Below are positions 29,901 through 38,585 of a stretch of DNA of 64,000 nt, in pieces (within the stretch, counting starts at the first letter, position 1; every line of letters begins with the position of its first letter). The stretch lies in assembly GCA_963707865.1 (NCBI GenBank), contig OY970175.1, positions 822,028 through 886,027 on the forward strand, read 5' to 3'. The stretch is from an uncultured bacterium. GTDB lineage: Bacteria > Patescibacteriota > Minisyncoccia > UBA6257 > 2-01-FULL-56-20. The notes under the pieces are model-generated. The model was not told the origin of the DNA. It did no database searches and saw nothing but the letters and a program-made list of their open reading frames with translations. Position numbers and translations under genes: made by a program.

Positions 29901-30825
29901 GATCAATATTCTGGCTGGCGCCGTGAGAGATGCGACCGGACATATCAACTCCGACGGCATTTCCTACTTCACGACCGCGCCAGTTCGCGACTTGACTCCG
30001 CCGACAGTTTCGACCCAGAGCCCCGAAGCGAGCACTACTCTCGCTGGCAATTTTGTCTCGAACGCCTACGTTGATTTTTCGAAAGCCATGGACCCGACTA
30101 CGATCGGCACCTCTACCATCAAGCTTTGCGTGGCGAGCGATACCAGCTGTAGCACTCCTTTCGATATCCCGGTAATCATCTTGGGCAATTCTGGCAGACG
30201 CGCCATCATCGGCGGACCGGGCCTCACGCTGGCTTACAGCACGAATTACTGGATTTGGGTAAAGGGTGGCGCGACCGGTGTGAAGGATTTATCCGGCAAC
30301 CCGCTGGCCTTTGGCGGAAGTCCCGTGGATAGCTATGGCTCGCCCAATAATGGGAATCCGGATTATTCTGGTTTCGCTACCGGCGCCCAGTCGCCTGGGG
30401 TGTTGAACATAGACAACGTCAGTATAAATCCCGCGAGATCGTATGCCGTTGCCACGAATACCTATGAGAATGGTTGGGAATGGTTCGTGAGCTTGACCAT
30501 CCCCGAGAACCAAACCTCGGTTCAGATGATGTTCAGTAACTTCACGAACGGCAGCGGTGGTGTTATTCCGGCCACAGACAACATCAGGTATTATTCGGCG
30601 CAATCTACCAATGCGACGTCATCAAGCCCGATCTCAAGTGCCGCAGCGGGAGAGTACCCCACGAGCACTATGAGCTTTGATCCTGTTACAAGTGACACCC
30701 AGTCCGGTATTGCCGGCATCCAGATCGTTGTGGGAGTTCAAGTGAAGATTCCCACGTCAACGACGAGCGGGGGAGCATACTCCGCGCAATTTAAGGTGAG
30801 GTCTTCCGGTCCTCCTCCCGGGTAG
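23986..30825 (+). CDS. Giant secreted Ig-like repeat surface protein/adhesin (2279 aa)
   Basis: Signal peptide, repeated VDNTAPT/DAAGN Ig-like modules, PKD-like and SbsA/Big_5-like domains, CPR-type C-terminal domain. Confidence 0.9.
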   Translation: MNSTSFNFRKFVPLFLIIVFALAGSVFVQHASAGTIGSVGIASPAGGQKWSGSHNITWTTTGNAGGTSTVNIYYCHDTPSGGCGDGINTLIQASVADDSSSSTVETYSWNTTSPSIPDGSDYKIRVSASADAGVSGLSGTDFTVDNTPPTISIGSPSALLTATTSVAYTITYSGASTVTLVDGNVTVNKTGSATGTAAVTGSGTSTRTVTISGIGGTGTLSITIATGTAYDDATPPNYATGTAASATFAVDNTAPAAPTAVTLTDPINLTNQASVTVTGDAAGEADGSVVTCSVSDPSVVHTVQATSSAATNAFTIPLDVHTLNDGTSTATCYVTDLAGNVGATRTDTATKDTVAPTISVSTSSATLTNTGPVTYTVTYTGASAVTLVPGDITLNASGTAAGTVGVSGTSTSGGTVTISGITGDGTLGITIAAGTASDAAGNTATGTAASATFDVDNTAPTISVSTSSATLTNTGPVTYTVTYTGASAVTLVNGNVTLNKTGTATGTVGVSGTSTSGGTVTISGITGDGTLGITIAAGTASDAAGNTATGTAASATFDVDNTAPTDLVVNAVFAASTTKQGNASVTIASSGDASNTVWFAPPGTVAFATDTTMTKAGGTDISILAPANEGSYKLFVIDAAGNVSSGSNAILTVDNTPPTISVSTSSLPVTNTGPVTYTVTYTGASSVTLVNGDVTLNKTGTATGTVGVSGTSTSGGTVTISGITGDGTLGITIAAGTASDAAGNTATGTAASATFDVDNTAPTISVSTSSATLTNTGPVTYTVTYTGASAVTLVPGDITLNASGTAAGTVGVSGTSTSGGTVTISGITGDGTLGITIAAGTASDAAGNTATGTAASATFDVDNTAPTISVSTSSLPVTNTGPVTYTVTYTGASAVTLVPGDITLNASGTAAGTVGVSGTSTSGGTVTISGITGDGTLGITIAAGTASDAAGNTATGTAASATFDVDNTAPTISVSTSSATLTNTGPVTYTVTYTGASAVTLVPGDITLNASGTAAGTVGVSGTSTSGGTVTISGITGDGTLGITIAAGTASDAAGNTATGTAASATFDVDNTAPTISVSTSSATLTNTGPVTYTVTYTGASAVTLVPGDITLNASGTAAGTVGVSGTSTSGGTVTISGITGDGTLGITIAAGTASDAAGNTATGTAASATFDVDNTAPTISVSTSSLPVTNTGPVTYTVTYTGASAVTLVPGDITLNASGTAAGTVGVSGTSTSGGTVTISGITGDGTLGITIAAGTASDAAGNTATGTAASATFDVDNTAPTISVSTSSATLTNTGPVTYTVTYTGASAVTLVPGDITLNASGTAAGTVGVSGTSTSGGTVTISGITGDGTLGITIAAGTASDAAGNTATGTAASATFDVDNTAPTISVSTSSATLTNTGPVTYTVTYTGASAVTLVPGDITLNASGTAAGTVGVSGTSTSGGTVTISGITGDGTLGITIAAGTASDAAGNTATGTAASATFDVDNTAPTISVSTSSATLTNTGPVTYTVTYTGASAVTLVPGDITLNASGTAAGTVGVSGTSTSGGTVTISGITGDGTLGITIAAGTASDAAGNTATGTAASATFDVDNTAPTISVSTSSATLTNTGPVTYTVTYTGASAVTLVPGDITLNASGTAAGTVGVSGTSTSGGTVTISGITGDGTLGITIAAGTASDAAGNTATGTAASATFDVDNTAPTYSVAYTVGGSPVTYLNENDHVVITATFNEDMAVSPTPKIQLDGAATALSATDMVRDTATSSHYNWFAGQTGDGVMTPTVTVGTDVAGNTVTEASSTKTTIMVDNTAPVVDPGASVGTVAEEFTQNGSSTDEGGSGVNTGTYQWTKVLGPGTVTFGSSSTAITTVSANVDGAYGIKLAVSDNIGNIGSSTVGFVWSSTNVPIVSYNPASGATGVSIATGTAIVTFSADITIVSSTKVDLVDDASSTSMKNGAVTATSSTLLIPYVGLGNARVYRINILAGAVRDATGHINSDGISYFTTAPVRDLTPPTVSTQSPEASTTLAGNFVSNAYVDFSKAMDPTTIGTSTIKLCVASDTSCSTPFDIPVIILGNSGRRAIIGGPGLTLAYSTNYWIWVKGGATGVKDLSGNPLAFGGSPVDSYGSPNNGNPDYSGFATGAQSPGVLNIDNVSINPARSYAVATNTYENGWEWFVSLTIPENQTSVQMMFSNFTNGSGGVIPATDNIRYYSAQSTNATSSSPISSAAAGEYPTSTMSFDPVTSDTQSGIAGIQIVVGVQVKIPTSTTSGGAYSAQFKVRSSGPPPG
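25051..29076 (+). repeat. Intragenic 312-bp (104-aa) tandem repeat, 12 copies (2 + 10)
   Basis: Units start at 25051 and 25363, then every 312 bp from 25957 to 28765. Near-identical at nucleotide level. Confidence 0.95.
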
Positions 30826-30847
30826 TATCTGAAACAAGAATAAGAGT

Positions 30848-32119
30848 ATGACTAAAACAAGACTCGTTGTCATTTGCCTTGTCGGGGTACTCGTTCCTTT
30901 GAGTGGAGCATTTGCCACGGCGTCAACCTCATCGGAGGTGAGTAGCACGTTGAGCGCCCCCACGCTTTCCCCTATGCTTCCCAACGGCACGCTCGTCGTC
31001 CCGCCGTCGGCGTCTTTCGCATCCGGCGATTATCATTCCTCGCTTAGCGTAACCCTTACCGCAGCCGGCTCGCATGCCATCTATTACACACTGAATGGCA
31101 CGGGGGATCCGGTATGCGCTACGGGGACGGCGTATACAAGCGCGCTCACGATCAATAGTGCGACGACATTGAAAGCCGTCGCCTGCTACAGCGACGATAA
31201 CAGCGTTTCTTCGACGATCGCCCCCTATGCCTACACCTTTAGCTGCAGTCCGGCGACGGTTTCCAATGGATCGTTTTCTTCGTATTCCTCCGGTTGTTTA
31301 ATCAGCTGTTATTCTGGTTATACGCCGAGCGGCGGATCGTGTGTAGCTTCCGGTAGTAGTGGCAGCGGAGGCAGCGGGGGCGGCGGGGGTTCGTACAGCA
31401 ATCCCTATACCATTACGATCAACGGCGGCGCGACGACGACTGCTTCGGCGAACGTCACCCTTGTGCTCACCTCGCTCGGGGGGATGAACTGGGTGTGGAT
31501 TTCAAATGATCCGAGCTTCGCCACGTCAACGGGAACCGGCTGGATTCCATTCCAGGCGACCTATCCATGGACGTTGGCCTCGGGACCGGGAAATAAGACC
31601 GTCTATGCAGAATTCGGGAGCGCAAGCAATACGGTGGCCTTTGCGGGATCCGCCCAGGCCAGCATAACGGTTGTGGGCGGTGGCACTGGCGGGACAACCG
31701 GTAGCGGCGGTAGCGGCGGAACATCGGGAACATCGCGCGCGTCGCAACTACAGCTTCTTAATATGCTCATTGCGGAGCTTCGGCTCCTTCTCCAACAGGC
31801 GTTGGCACAAGGAATAACGCTTCCGCCGGGCGTGGCCGCGTATCTCAATGCGGGATCCGCGACATCAACGCTTTCGGCCATAACGCGTGACCTTACTATC
31901 GGCTCAATCGGCACGGACGTGAGCGCTCTCCAGGCGTTTCTCATCTTGCAGAACAAAGGCCCCGCCGCTAGTGCTTTGGCTGCGGTTGGTGCCACCGGGC
32001 ACTTTGGATTGCTCACCCAGGCAGCGCTTGCGGAGTATCAGGCGGCGGTGGAGATTACGCCCCCCACGGGATACTTCGGTCCTCGTACGAGAGCGTATTT
32101 GCAGAGCATAGGATACTAG
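30848..32119 (+). CDS. Secreted protein with FN3-associated/chitobiase-like domain and C-terminal peptidoglycan-binding domain
   Basis: IYYTLNGT...TLKAVA motif, Gly/Ser linkers, DLTIGS..DV..LQ...GYFGPRTRA. Confidence 0.8.
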   Translation: MTKTRLVVICLVGVLVPLSGAFATASTSSEVSSTLSAPTLSPMLPNGTLVVPPSASFASGDYHSSLSVTLTAAGSHAIYYTLNGTGDPVCATGTAYTSALTINSATTLKAVACYSDDNSVSSTIAPYAYTFSCSPATVSNGSFSSYSSGCLISCYSGYTPSGGSCVASGSSGSGGSGGGGGSYSNPYTITINGGATTTASANVTLVLTSLGGMNWVWISNDPSFATSTGTGWIPFQATYPWTLASGPGNKTVYAEFGSASNTVAFAGSAQASITVVGGGTGGTTGSGGSGGTSGTSRASQLQLLNMLIAELRLLLQQALAQGITLPPGVAAYLNAGSATSTLSAITRDLTIGSIGTDVSALQAFLILQNKGPAASALAAVGATGHFGLLTQAALAEYQAAVEITPPTGYFGPRTRAYLQSIGY

Positions 32120-32136
32120 AACCCATCTCAAAAATA

Positions 32137-32232
32137 TTCTAGCCCGCGTTCCTGGGTATTTCCCCGAAGGGCAAGGCGCAAGGCGGAGACAGTAGCAGCG
32201 CTACGGCTCCGCCGCAGACGCACGGGTTAGAA
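32137..32232. repeat. Intergenic imperfect palindromic (REP-like) element
   Basis: TTCTAGCCCGCG...CACGGGTTAGAA outer arms; inner GCGGAG/CTCCGC and GTAGC/GCTAC stems. Confidence 0.55.
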
Positions 32233-32238
32233 CCCTCG

Positions 32239-32264
32239 TGAAACTTTTTGTTGCCGGTTTCGTA
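32239..32264 (+). promoter_or_regulatory. ECF-sigma-type promoter of htrA
   Basis: TGAAAC-N16-CGTA, identical to the B. subtilis SigW-type consensus. Confidence 0.6.
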
Positions 32265-32281
32265 CAATAAAATGAAAATAT

Positions 32282-33580
32282 ATGAATAGTGGGAACAAAA
32301 AGACACTTGGAGTTATCGCCGGAATCCTTGTGATAGGACTTCTTTTGGGCGTTGCGATAAGTGCGCCGCAGGCGCGGGCGAACGTATTCACCGACTTTTT
32401 CAGCAAGCTGTTTTCGCCGTTTGTGGGGCAGCCGCCGTCCACTAGTTCTTCCGCGAACACTGCCACGGGCGTTGGCGTTTCCTCATCTGTTCCACTGTAT
32501 CAGCCGGTCATTGACTACGAGCAGGCGGTGGTTAACGCGGTGAAAAAAGCGTCGCCCGCGGTCGTTTCCATCATTATTTCCAAGAACGTTCCTATCGTTG
32601 AACAGTGTCCCTACAATCCTTTCGGCAATGTTCCGCCGGAGTTTCAGCAATTTTTTGGGAATGATTTCCAGGGACTCACCCAGCCATGCGATACGGGAAA
32701 AACCCAACTCCAGGAAGTTGGCGGCGGCAGCGGTTTCATCATTTCTTCAGACGGCCTGATCCTTACTAATAAGCATGTCGTATCCGATTCAAGCGCATCC
32801 TATACCGTGATTATGAGCGATGGTACAAAATATGATGCGACGGTTCTGGCCCGTGATTCAAATCAGGATTTGGCGGTCGTGAAAATCAAAGCGACGGGAT
32901 TGCCCACCGTTACCTTAGGCGATTCGGATAGTTTGGAACTTGGCCAGACCGCGATTGCGATCGGAAATGCGCTCGGCGAATTCTCCAACACGGTTTCCGT
33001 CGGCGTGATCTCCGGACTCGCGCGGACGGTGACCGCTTCCGCACCCGATACGGGAACGCAGGAGACCATCCAAGGCGTTATCCAAACCGATGCCGCGATC
33101 AATCCGGGCAACTCCGGCGGTCCTCTCGTTAATCTGCGCGGGGAGGTGATCGGCATTAACACCGCGATCGCATCCAACGCGGAGAACATCGGCTTCGCGA
33201 TCCCCGTGAACCGCGCGAAGCACGATATCAGTTCGGTAAAAACGTCTGGCGAGCTCCAAACGCCCTACCTCGGCGTGCGGTATCTCGCGGTCACCCCGGA
33301 CATTGCGACGCAGCAGAAGCTTCCCGTTGACTATGGCGCGCTCGTCCGCGGGAGCGACAAAGGACCGGCCGTGGAGCCGAATTCCCCTGCGGCGAAAGCA
33401 GGAATCCAGGCAGAAGATATTATCCTTTCCGTGAACGGCCAAAAAATTGACAGCAGCCATGACCTCGGCACGGTGATCTCGCAATTCAATGTGGGCGACA
33501 CGGTGACGCTAGTTGTGAACCGCGGCGGGCAACAGATTACACTGACGGCGACGCTCGCCCAACGTCCTGCGGGACAGTAG
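32282..33580 (+). CDS. htrA: HtrA/DegP-family serine protease with one PDZ domain
   Basis: GSGFII, TNKHVV, DLAVVKI, QTDAAINPGNSGGPL, C-terminal PDZ. Confidence 0.95.
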   Translation: MNSGNKKTLGVIAGILVIGLLLGVAISAPQARANVFTDFFSKLFSPFVGQPPSTSSSANTATGVGVSSSVPLYQPVIDYEQAVVNAVKKASPAVVSIIISKNVPIVEQCPYNPFGNVPPEFQQFFGNDFQGLTQPCDTGKTQLQEVGGGSGFIISSDGLILTNKHVVSDSSASYTVIMSDGTKYDATVLARDSNQDLAVVKIKATGLPTVTLGDSDSLELGQTAIAIGNALGEFSNTVSVGVISGLARTVTASAPDTGTQETIQGVIQTDAAINPGNSGGPLVNLRGEVIGINTAIASNAENIGFAIPVNRAKHDISSVKTSGELQTPYLGVRYLAVTPDIATQQKLPVDYGALVRGSDKGPAVEPNSPAAKAGIQAEDIILSVNGQKIDSSHDLGTVISQFNVGDTVTLVVNRGGQQITLTATLAQRPAGQ

Positions 33581-33642
33581 GTGGCGCAGCAGTCAAGTTT
33601 CTTTTAAAGATTTTTTAATCGGAGGTTTGGCATGATGGCTGG

Positions 33643-34086
33643 GTGGAAAACCCAGCTTTTCACGATGGCTACGAAGAAGTGCGGCGAAATGCAAAATCAC
33701 TCTATTCAAAAATAGGGCGCGTTTGGTGCCCAAAATTAAATGATTGGGTTGTTTTTAACAATGTCGGGTTTTATCATCTGATATGGAAGGGAAGGAGACG
33801 TCGTTCGGAACGCGAACAGAAAAGAAGATTTTTGCTTCTTGGCCATGCGGCAGATATTGTCGGGGATTCAAATGCAATTGTTTTCCGCGAAGGGAAACTG
33901 ATAGCGAACAGCAATGAGCATGATCAAATGACTGCTGAGAGCCCAAACACAACGTTTTGGAGGCTTGTTGCAAAGAGACAAGGAGAAACGATTACTGTTG
34001 TCGTCTGTCAGGCAATGCACGGCAAAAAGCATTTTCTGAGCATTTTTAATAAAAACAAAAACCGCTCCAGGAAGAGCGATCTTTGA
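33643..34086 (+). CDS. Hypothetical CPR protein, possible BECR/PBECR-fold ribonuclease
   Basis: Basic, lower GC. VWCPKL..VFN..GF.HL..K..R.R...RR and ..ITVVV...HFLSIF beta-meander. GTG 6 nt after an extended -10. Confidence 0.6.
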   Translation: MENPAFHDGYEEVRRNAKSLYSKIGRVWCPKLNDWVVFNNVGFYHLIWKGRRRRSEREQKRRFLLLGHAADIVGDSNAIVFREGKLIANSNEHDQMTAESPNTTFWRLVAKRQGETITVVVCQAMHGKKHFLSIFNKNKNRSRKSDL

Positions 34087-34142
34087 TATGCCCGCCACCA
34101 GCACAACGCCGATCAGGGAGGGAGTTCGCCTCCCGCGGGCAT
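34050..34142 (-). ncRNA. Candidate small structured RNA convergent on ORF 33643
   Basis: Minus-strand TTGACT-N16-TATCAT (34176-34149); 8-bp closing stem ATGCCCGC/GCGGGCAT; GGGAG-gcgaa-CTCCC hairpin; CGCTC/GAGCG + T-tract terminator. Confidence 0.45.
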
Positions 34143-34206
34143 GATTTCATGATAGTCCTGCCGCGCAGAAAGTCAAATATAATTTAATCATTTTTTAATG
34201 ATCTTT

Positions 34207-34229
34207 TGTGCGCGGGACGGGATTCGAAC
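34207..34229 (-). other. tRNA 3'-end fragment (att-like remnant)
   Basis: Minus strand GTTCGAATCCCGTCCCGCGCACA: T-loop plus acceptor 3' strand with no 5' half. Confidence 0.6.
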
Positions 34230-34257
34230 GGATAAAATGAAGTTCAGCATGACTCCA

Positions 34258-34306
34258 TTAGCAATCTCCCCCTGAGATTGACAATCGGTGTTTTTGAAAC
34301 TAAAAT
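34258..34306 (+). promoter_or_regulatory. CIRCE-like operator overlapping the clpB sigma70 promoter
   Basis: TTAGCAATC-N9-GATTGACAA (CIRCE = TTAGCACTC-N9-GAGTGCTAA); TTGACA(34278)-N17-TAAAAT(34301). Confidence 0.7.
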
Positions 34307-34338
34307 GGTCCTATCGCGGTATAATTACTATACAAGCC

Positions 34339-36996
34339 ATGCCAAACTTTCATCGTTTTACCATAAAAGCCCAGGAGGCGTTGCAGAACGCGCAGGAGAT
34401 CGCCGCGAAGAAAAATCACGGCGAGCTCAAAGGGCTTCATCTTCTCGCCGCGCTTTTGGAAGACGGGCAGTCCCTCGTCATCCCTGTTTTGGAACGCTCG
34501 GGCGTGAATTTGGAGAAGCTCCATGAGCACATAGAGCTTGAGCTGGACCGCATCCCGCCGATCCTTGCAAACTCAAATGTCGGGCAGCTCTACCTCTCGC
34601 AGGAATTGATGAAAGTGCTGGATCAATCGGCGAAGATCGCGGCGCAGCAGAAGGATGAATTCGTTTCGTGCGAACATCTGCTTTTGGCGCTTTTGGACAT
34701 CGCAGGGAGTGCGAAGAGCGTTCTGGAAAAATTCGGCGTGCGGCGCGAGACGGCGTTCCGCGTCTTGGCGCAGCTCCGCGGTTCCATGCGCGTGACGGAC
34801 GAGACACCGGAGAGCAAATTCCAGGTTTTGGAAAAATATGCCATTAATTTGAGTGACAAAGCGAAGGCGGGGCAGTTGGATCCCGTGATCGGCCGCGACG
34901 AAGAATTGAGGCGCGTGATGCAGGTCTTGTCACGGCGCACGAAGAACAATCCATGCCTCATCGGCGAGCCGGGCGTAGGGAAAACGGCCATTGTGGAGGG
35001 TTTAGCGCAGCGTATAGCGGCGGGCGACGTCCCGGAGCCATTGAAGGGTAAGCAGGTCATAATGCTTGACCTCGGATCGCTCATTGCGGGCACAAAGTTC
35101 CGCGGCGAATTTGAGGACCGCTTGAAGGCATTCATAAAAGAGGTAAAAAATGCCACAGGACAGATCATTCTTTTCATAGATGAGATCCATACGATCGTGG
35201 GAGCGGGTGCCGCAGAGGGCGCAATTGACGCCTCAAATTTATTGAAGCCGGCGCTTGCGCGCGGCGAGCTGCATGCGGTAGGCGCCACGACCATCCGTGA
35301 GTATCAGAAATATATAGAAAAGGATGCGGCGCTGGAGCGGCGCTTCCAGCCGATTATGGTGGAGGAGCCGTCCATTGACAACTCCATCGCGATCCTGCGC
35401 GGCCTCAAAGAAAAGTATGAGATTCATCACGGGATGCGGATCAGCGACGAAGCCATTGTAGAGGCGGTCAATTTGTCCGCGCGCTACATCACGGATCGGT
35501 TTCTGCCGGACAAAGCAGTGGACCTGATTGACGAGGCGATGGCGGCGCGACGACTGGAATCGGAAAGCCTGCCGAAAGAAATTGATACGATTCGCCGCGA
35601 GATCACGAAGCTTGAGATAGAAAAACAGGCGCTCATCAAGGAAAACGGAAAAGCGAGCGATCGCGTAAAAGAAATAGACAAAGAGATTGCGAAGCTGAAA
35701 GAGCAAAACGATGAACTTTCTGCCAAGTGGCATTCGGAGAAAATAAAATTTGAAACGTTGCATCAGTTGCGGCAGAAAGTGGACAATTTGAAACGCGAGG
35801 CGGAGATCGCCGAACGGGAGGGAAACTTGGAGCGTGTGGCGCGAATCACGTACGGCGAGCTCCCGCAGGCCGAAAAGGATTTCGCGAGCTTTGAAAAGAA
35901 GAATTTCGGCGGGCCGAAGGGCGGTAAAAAAGGAAAAGCGGGCACGAACGCCCAGGGCGACCGCTTCCTCAAGGAGTCGGTGGACAAGGAAGACGTCGCG
36001 GCGGTGGTTTCGGTTTGGACTGGCATTCCTTTAAGGAGGATGCTTGAGACGGATTCGGAGAAGCTCATAAAAATAGAAGAGGTACTTCACGAGCGGGTGG
36101 TGGGCCAGGATGAGGCCATCGGCGCCGTCGCCTCGGCCTTGCGCCGGTCGCGCGCGGGCCTTTCGGACGAAAACCGCCCCATCGGCTCGTTTATGTTCCT
36201 TGGCCCCACGGGCGTAGGGAAGACCGAGCTCGCGAAGGCGCTCGCGGAATTCATGTTCAACGACGAAAAGGCGCTCGTGCGCATAGACATGTCGGAATAT
36301 ATGGAGCGCCATGCCACCTCCCGCCTCATTGGTTCGCCGCCGGGCTACGTCGGCCACGAGGAGGGCGGCCAGCTCACGGAGATGCTGCGCCACCGGCCGT
36401 ACAGCTTGATCCTCTTTGACGAGATAGAAAAAGCACATCCGGAGGTATTCAACCTGCTTCTCCAAGTGCTGGACAACGGGCGGCTCACGGACAGCAAGGG
36501 GAAAACGGTGAATTTCAAGAACACGATCATCATTATGACGTCTAACGTCGGCAGCCAATATCTAAAGGCCATGTCGCGGATCGGGTTCAGCGCTCCGAGT
36601 GCCGAGGAGTCCTCGGCGGAAGAAGGGGATTACCGCGACAAAGTGATGGACGCCCTTAAAAGCAACTTCCGGCCGGAATTCCTGAACCGCATTGACGACA
36701 TCGTCATTTTCAATCCCCTGCACAAGAAAGAGATTCAGAAGATCGTAGATTTACAGATCACGCTCATAGAAAAGCGTCTGAAAGAGCGGGGCATCGTGCT
36801 CACGATAGAACCCTTGGCGCGCGAATACCTTGCAAAAGAGGGATTCAGCGCGGAGTTCGGCGCCCGGCCCTTGAAGCGAATCATCCAGAAAGTTATCCTT
36901 GATAAGTTGGCGGATAAGATCATCCGCGGCGAATTCAAGGATGGTGGCAAAGTTAAAGTCAATTTCAAGGCGGATTCACTGGTCTTTAGTTCTTAA
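34339..36996 (+). CDS. clpB: ATP-dependent chaperone ClpB
   Basis: Clp N domain, GEPGVGKT, long coiled-coil middle domain, [26 protein letters not shown]. Confidence 0.95.
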   Translation: MPNFHRFTIKAQEALQNAQEIAAKKNHGELKGLHLLAALLEDGQSLVIPVLERSGVNLEKLHEHIELELDRIPPILANSNVGQLYLSQELMKVLDQSAKIAAQQKDEFVSCEHLLLALLDIAGSAKSVLEKFGVRRETAFRVLAQLRGSMRVTDETPESKFQVLEKYAINLSDKAKAGQLDPVIGRDEELRRVMQVLSRRTKNNPCLIGEPGVGKTAIVEGLAQRIAAGDVPEPLKGKQVIMLDLGSLIAGTKFRGEFEDRLKAFIKEVKNATGQIILFIDEIHTIVGAGAAEGAIDASNLLKPALARGELHAVGATTIREYQKYIEKDAALERRFQPIMVEEPSIDNSIAILRGLKEKYEIHHGMRISDEAIVEAVNLSARYITDRFLPDKAVDLIDEAMAARRLESESLPKEIDTIRREITKLEIEKQALIKENGKASDRVKEIDKEIAKLKEQNDELSAKWHSEKIKFETLHQLRQKVDNLKREAEIAEREGNLERVARITYGELPQAEKDFASFEKKNFGGPKGGKKGKAGTNAQGDRFLKESVDKEDVAAVVSVWTGIPLRRMLETDSEKLIKIEEVLHERVVGQDEAIGAVASALRRSRAGLSDENRPIGSFMFLGPTGVGKTELAKALAEFMFNDEKALVRIDMSEYMERHATSRLIGSPPGYVGHEEGGQLTEMLRHRPYSLILFDEIEKAHPEVFNLLLQVLDNGRLTDSKGKTVNFKNTIIIMTSNVGSQYLKAMSRIGFSAPSAEESSAEEGDYRDKVMDALKSNFRPEFLNRIDDIVIFNPLHKKEIQKIVDLQITLIEKRLKERGIVLTIEPLAREYLAKEGFSAEFGARPLKRIIQKVILDKLADKIIRGEFKDGGKVKVNFKADSLVFSS

Positions 36997-37645
36997 GGCT
37001 GCGGTTTTCGCGCTCGCGTGGCTCTTGCTGCCATTCTGGATTTTCTTTTTGGTCGCACTGTATCTTTATTTTGTGCCGCCGTTCCAGTCCGGAAAGCTGG
37101 CACTCCCTTTTTTTGTGCTCCTTGTGCTCGCGTACGTCCAACCGCCAGGGCCGTTTTTTGCGGTTGTGTTCGGCGCGGCGCTCTATGTTATTTTCCTCAT
37201 CAAAGACCTCTTGGTCATTGATCGCCGGTCCCTGTATGAGTTTCTCGTGCTTGTGCTGTCCTTCCTCCTCCTGCGCGCCCTTTATGTGCGGTTTGATGAA
37301 GGGGCCCAAGGCGTGGCGCTTTGGTACGCATTCTTTGTGGCCGCAGCGATCGTTCTCCTCCTGCGCAGCTTGGCGCGCGCTTCCGGCGGCACGGTACCCC
37401 GCGAGGAGCCAGTTGCCTTTTTCCTCTCCTTCGTGCTCATTGTGCAGGCGATCATCGTGGGTCTTTTTCTTCCCCTTGATTTTATCGCCCAATCACTCCT
37501 CGTGTTCCTGGTCGCTTTTTTTCTTATTGATACGATTCCCGAACATCTTGCGGGTGGGGCATCAAGGAAGAAAATCCTCGTCACGGCAATGGTCCTCTTT
37601 GCGCTCGCGACTATCGTCGTGGGCTCGGCGCAATGGGGATTGTAG
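36941..37645 (+). CDS. Hypothetical polytopic membrane protein
   Basis: About 8 hydrophobic helices. Start uncertain; overlaps clpB 3' end. Confidence 0.65.
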   Translation: MVAKLKSISRRIHWSLVLKAAVFALAWLLLPFWIFFLVALYLYFVPPFQSGKLALPFFVLLVLAYVQPPGPFFAVVFGAALYVIFLIKDLLVIDRRSLYEFLVLVLSFLLLRALYVRFDEGAQGVALWYAFFVAAAIVLLLRSLARASGGTVPREEPVAFFLSFVLIVQAIIVGLFLPLDFIAQSLLVFLVAFFLIDTIPEHLAGGASRKKILVTAMVLFALATIVVGSAQWGL

Positions 37646-37668
37646 AGTATAATAAAACCACTGTTGCC

Positions 37669-38472
37669 ATGAGAAAGGTAACGAAGCTGGTGCTGCCCAT
37701 CGCGGGGCTTGGGAAGCGGCTTTTGCCCCTCACTAAATATGTGCCCAAGAACCTTATTCCTGTGAACGGAAGGCCTCTTTTGGAGTACGTGTTGGACGAG
37801 GCGGTTTCATGCGGGATACAAGAAGTCGTACTGGTGATAAACCCGAAGCACCGCGGGGATTTCGCCGCGTATGTTCGGAAAAACCAGAAGAGGTTCCCCA
37901 CGCTCACGTTTCATACGAGGATCCAGGAAACGCCCGGGGGGAACGGGCATGCCATCGTGAAGGCCTACGACATTCTTAGGGACGAACCGTTCGCTGTGCG
38001 TTTCTGCGATGATGTTGTTCTGGGTGATCCGCCGGTTCTGCGCGGCTTGCTAGACCTTTTTCATAAGTACAAAGCGTCCGTGCTGCTTCTTGAGCGCATT
38101 CCCAAGAGCAAGGTTTCGCGGTTCGGGGTAGTGGGATTTGAAAAAGCAAGGAAACTCCCTGTTTTCCAAGGCGGAAAGGTGTACCAGTTGAACAAAATCG
38201 TGGAGAAGCCAAAAAGGGATGAAGCGCCCTCCAATCTCATCATTGTGGGGGGATATGTTCTTACGTCGGAGATTTTGAGAAATCTTAGGATGGTGGCGGA
38301 TACCCTTCCTGTCATTGCGGACGACGCCTTGCCGCTCGCGGTCGCGTTGCAGGTAGACCTTATTCTGAAGAATAAGCTTTACGGTTGGGAGTTCCCTGGC
38401 AGGCGTCTTGACTGCGGCACGCTTGAAAAGCTTCGGGAAGCCGAAGAGTTCCTCGGTAAAAAAGCAAAATAG
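37669..38472 (+). CDS. galU: UTP--glucose-1-phosphate uridylyltransferase-like nucleotidyltransferase
   Basis: VLPIAGLGKRLLPLTKYVPK, GNGHAI, IVEKP...APSNLIIVGGY, LDCGT. Confidence 0.8.
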   Translation: MRKVTKLVLPIAGLGKRLLPLTKYVPKNLIPVNGRPLLEYVLDEAVSCGIQEVVLVINPKHRGDFAAYVRKNQKRFPTLTFHTRIQETPGGNGHAIVKAYDILRDEPFAVRFCDDVVLGDPPVLRGLLDLFHKYKASVLLLERIPKSKVSRFGVVGFEKARKLPVFQGGKVYQLNKIVEKPKRDEAPSNLIIVGGYVLTSEILRNLRMVADTLPVIADDALPLAVALQVDLILKNKLYGWEFPGRRLDCGTLEKLREAEEFLGKKAK

Positions 38473-38585
38473 CCTAGAGGCAAGAGATATGGCATTTTGA
38501 CGGCACTTGTCTTACGTATGGCTGCAAAGTCGCATACCTTGTCTCCCCTTGCCTTTTGCCGGTTGCCGGATTATGCTTTTGCCGT

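Noticed and set aside
34116-34162. Fluoride riboswitch-like GGAGTTCGCC...TCCTGC on the plus strand
   Set aside because: The GGCGA/TCGCC P1 stem and the GATG...TGATGAC pseudoknot consensus are not satisfied, and no crcB-type gene follows.
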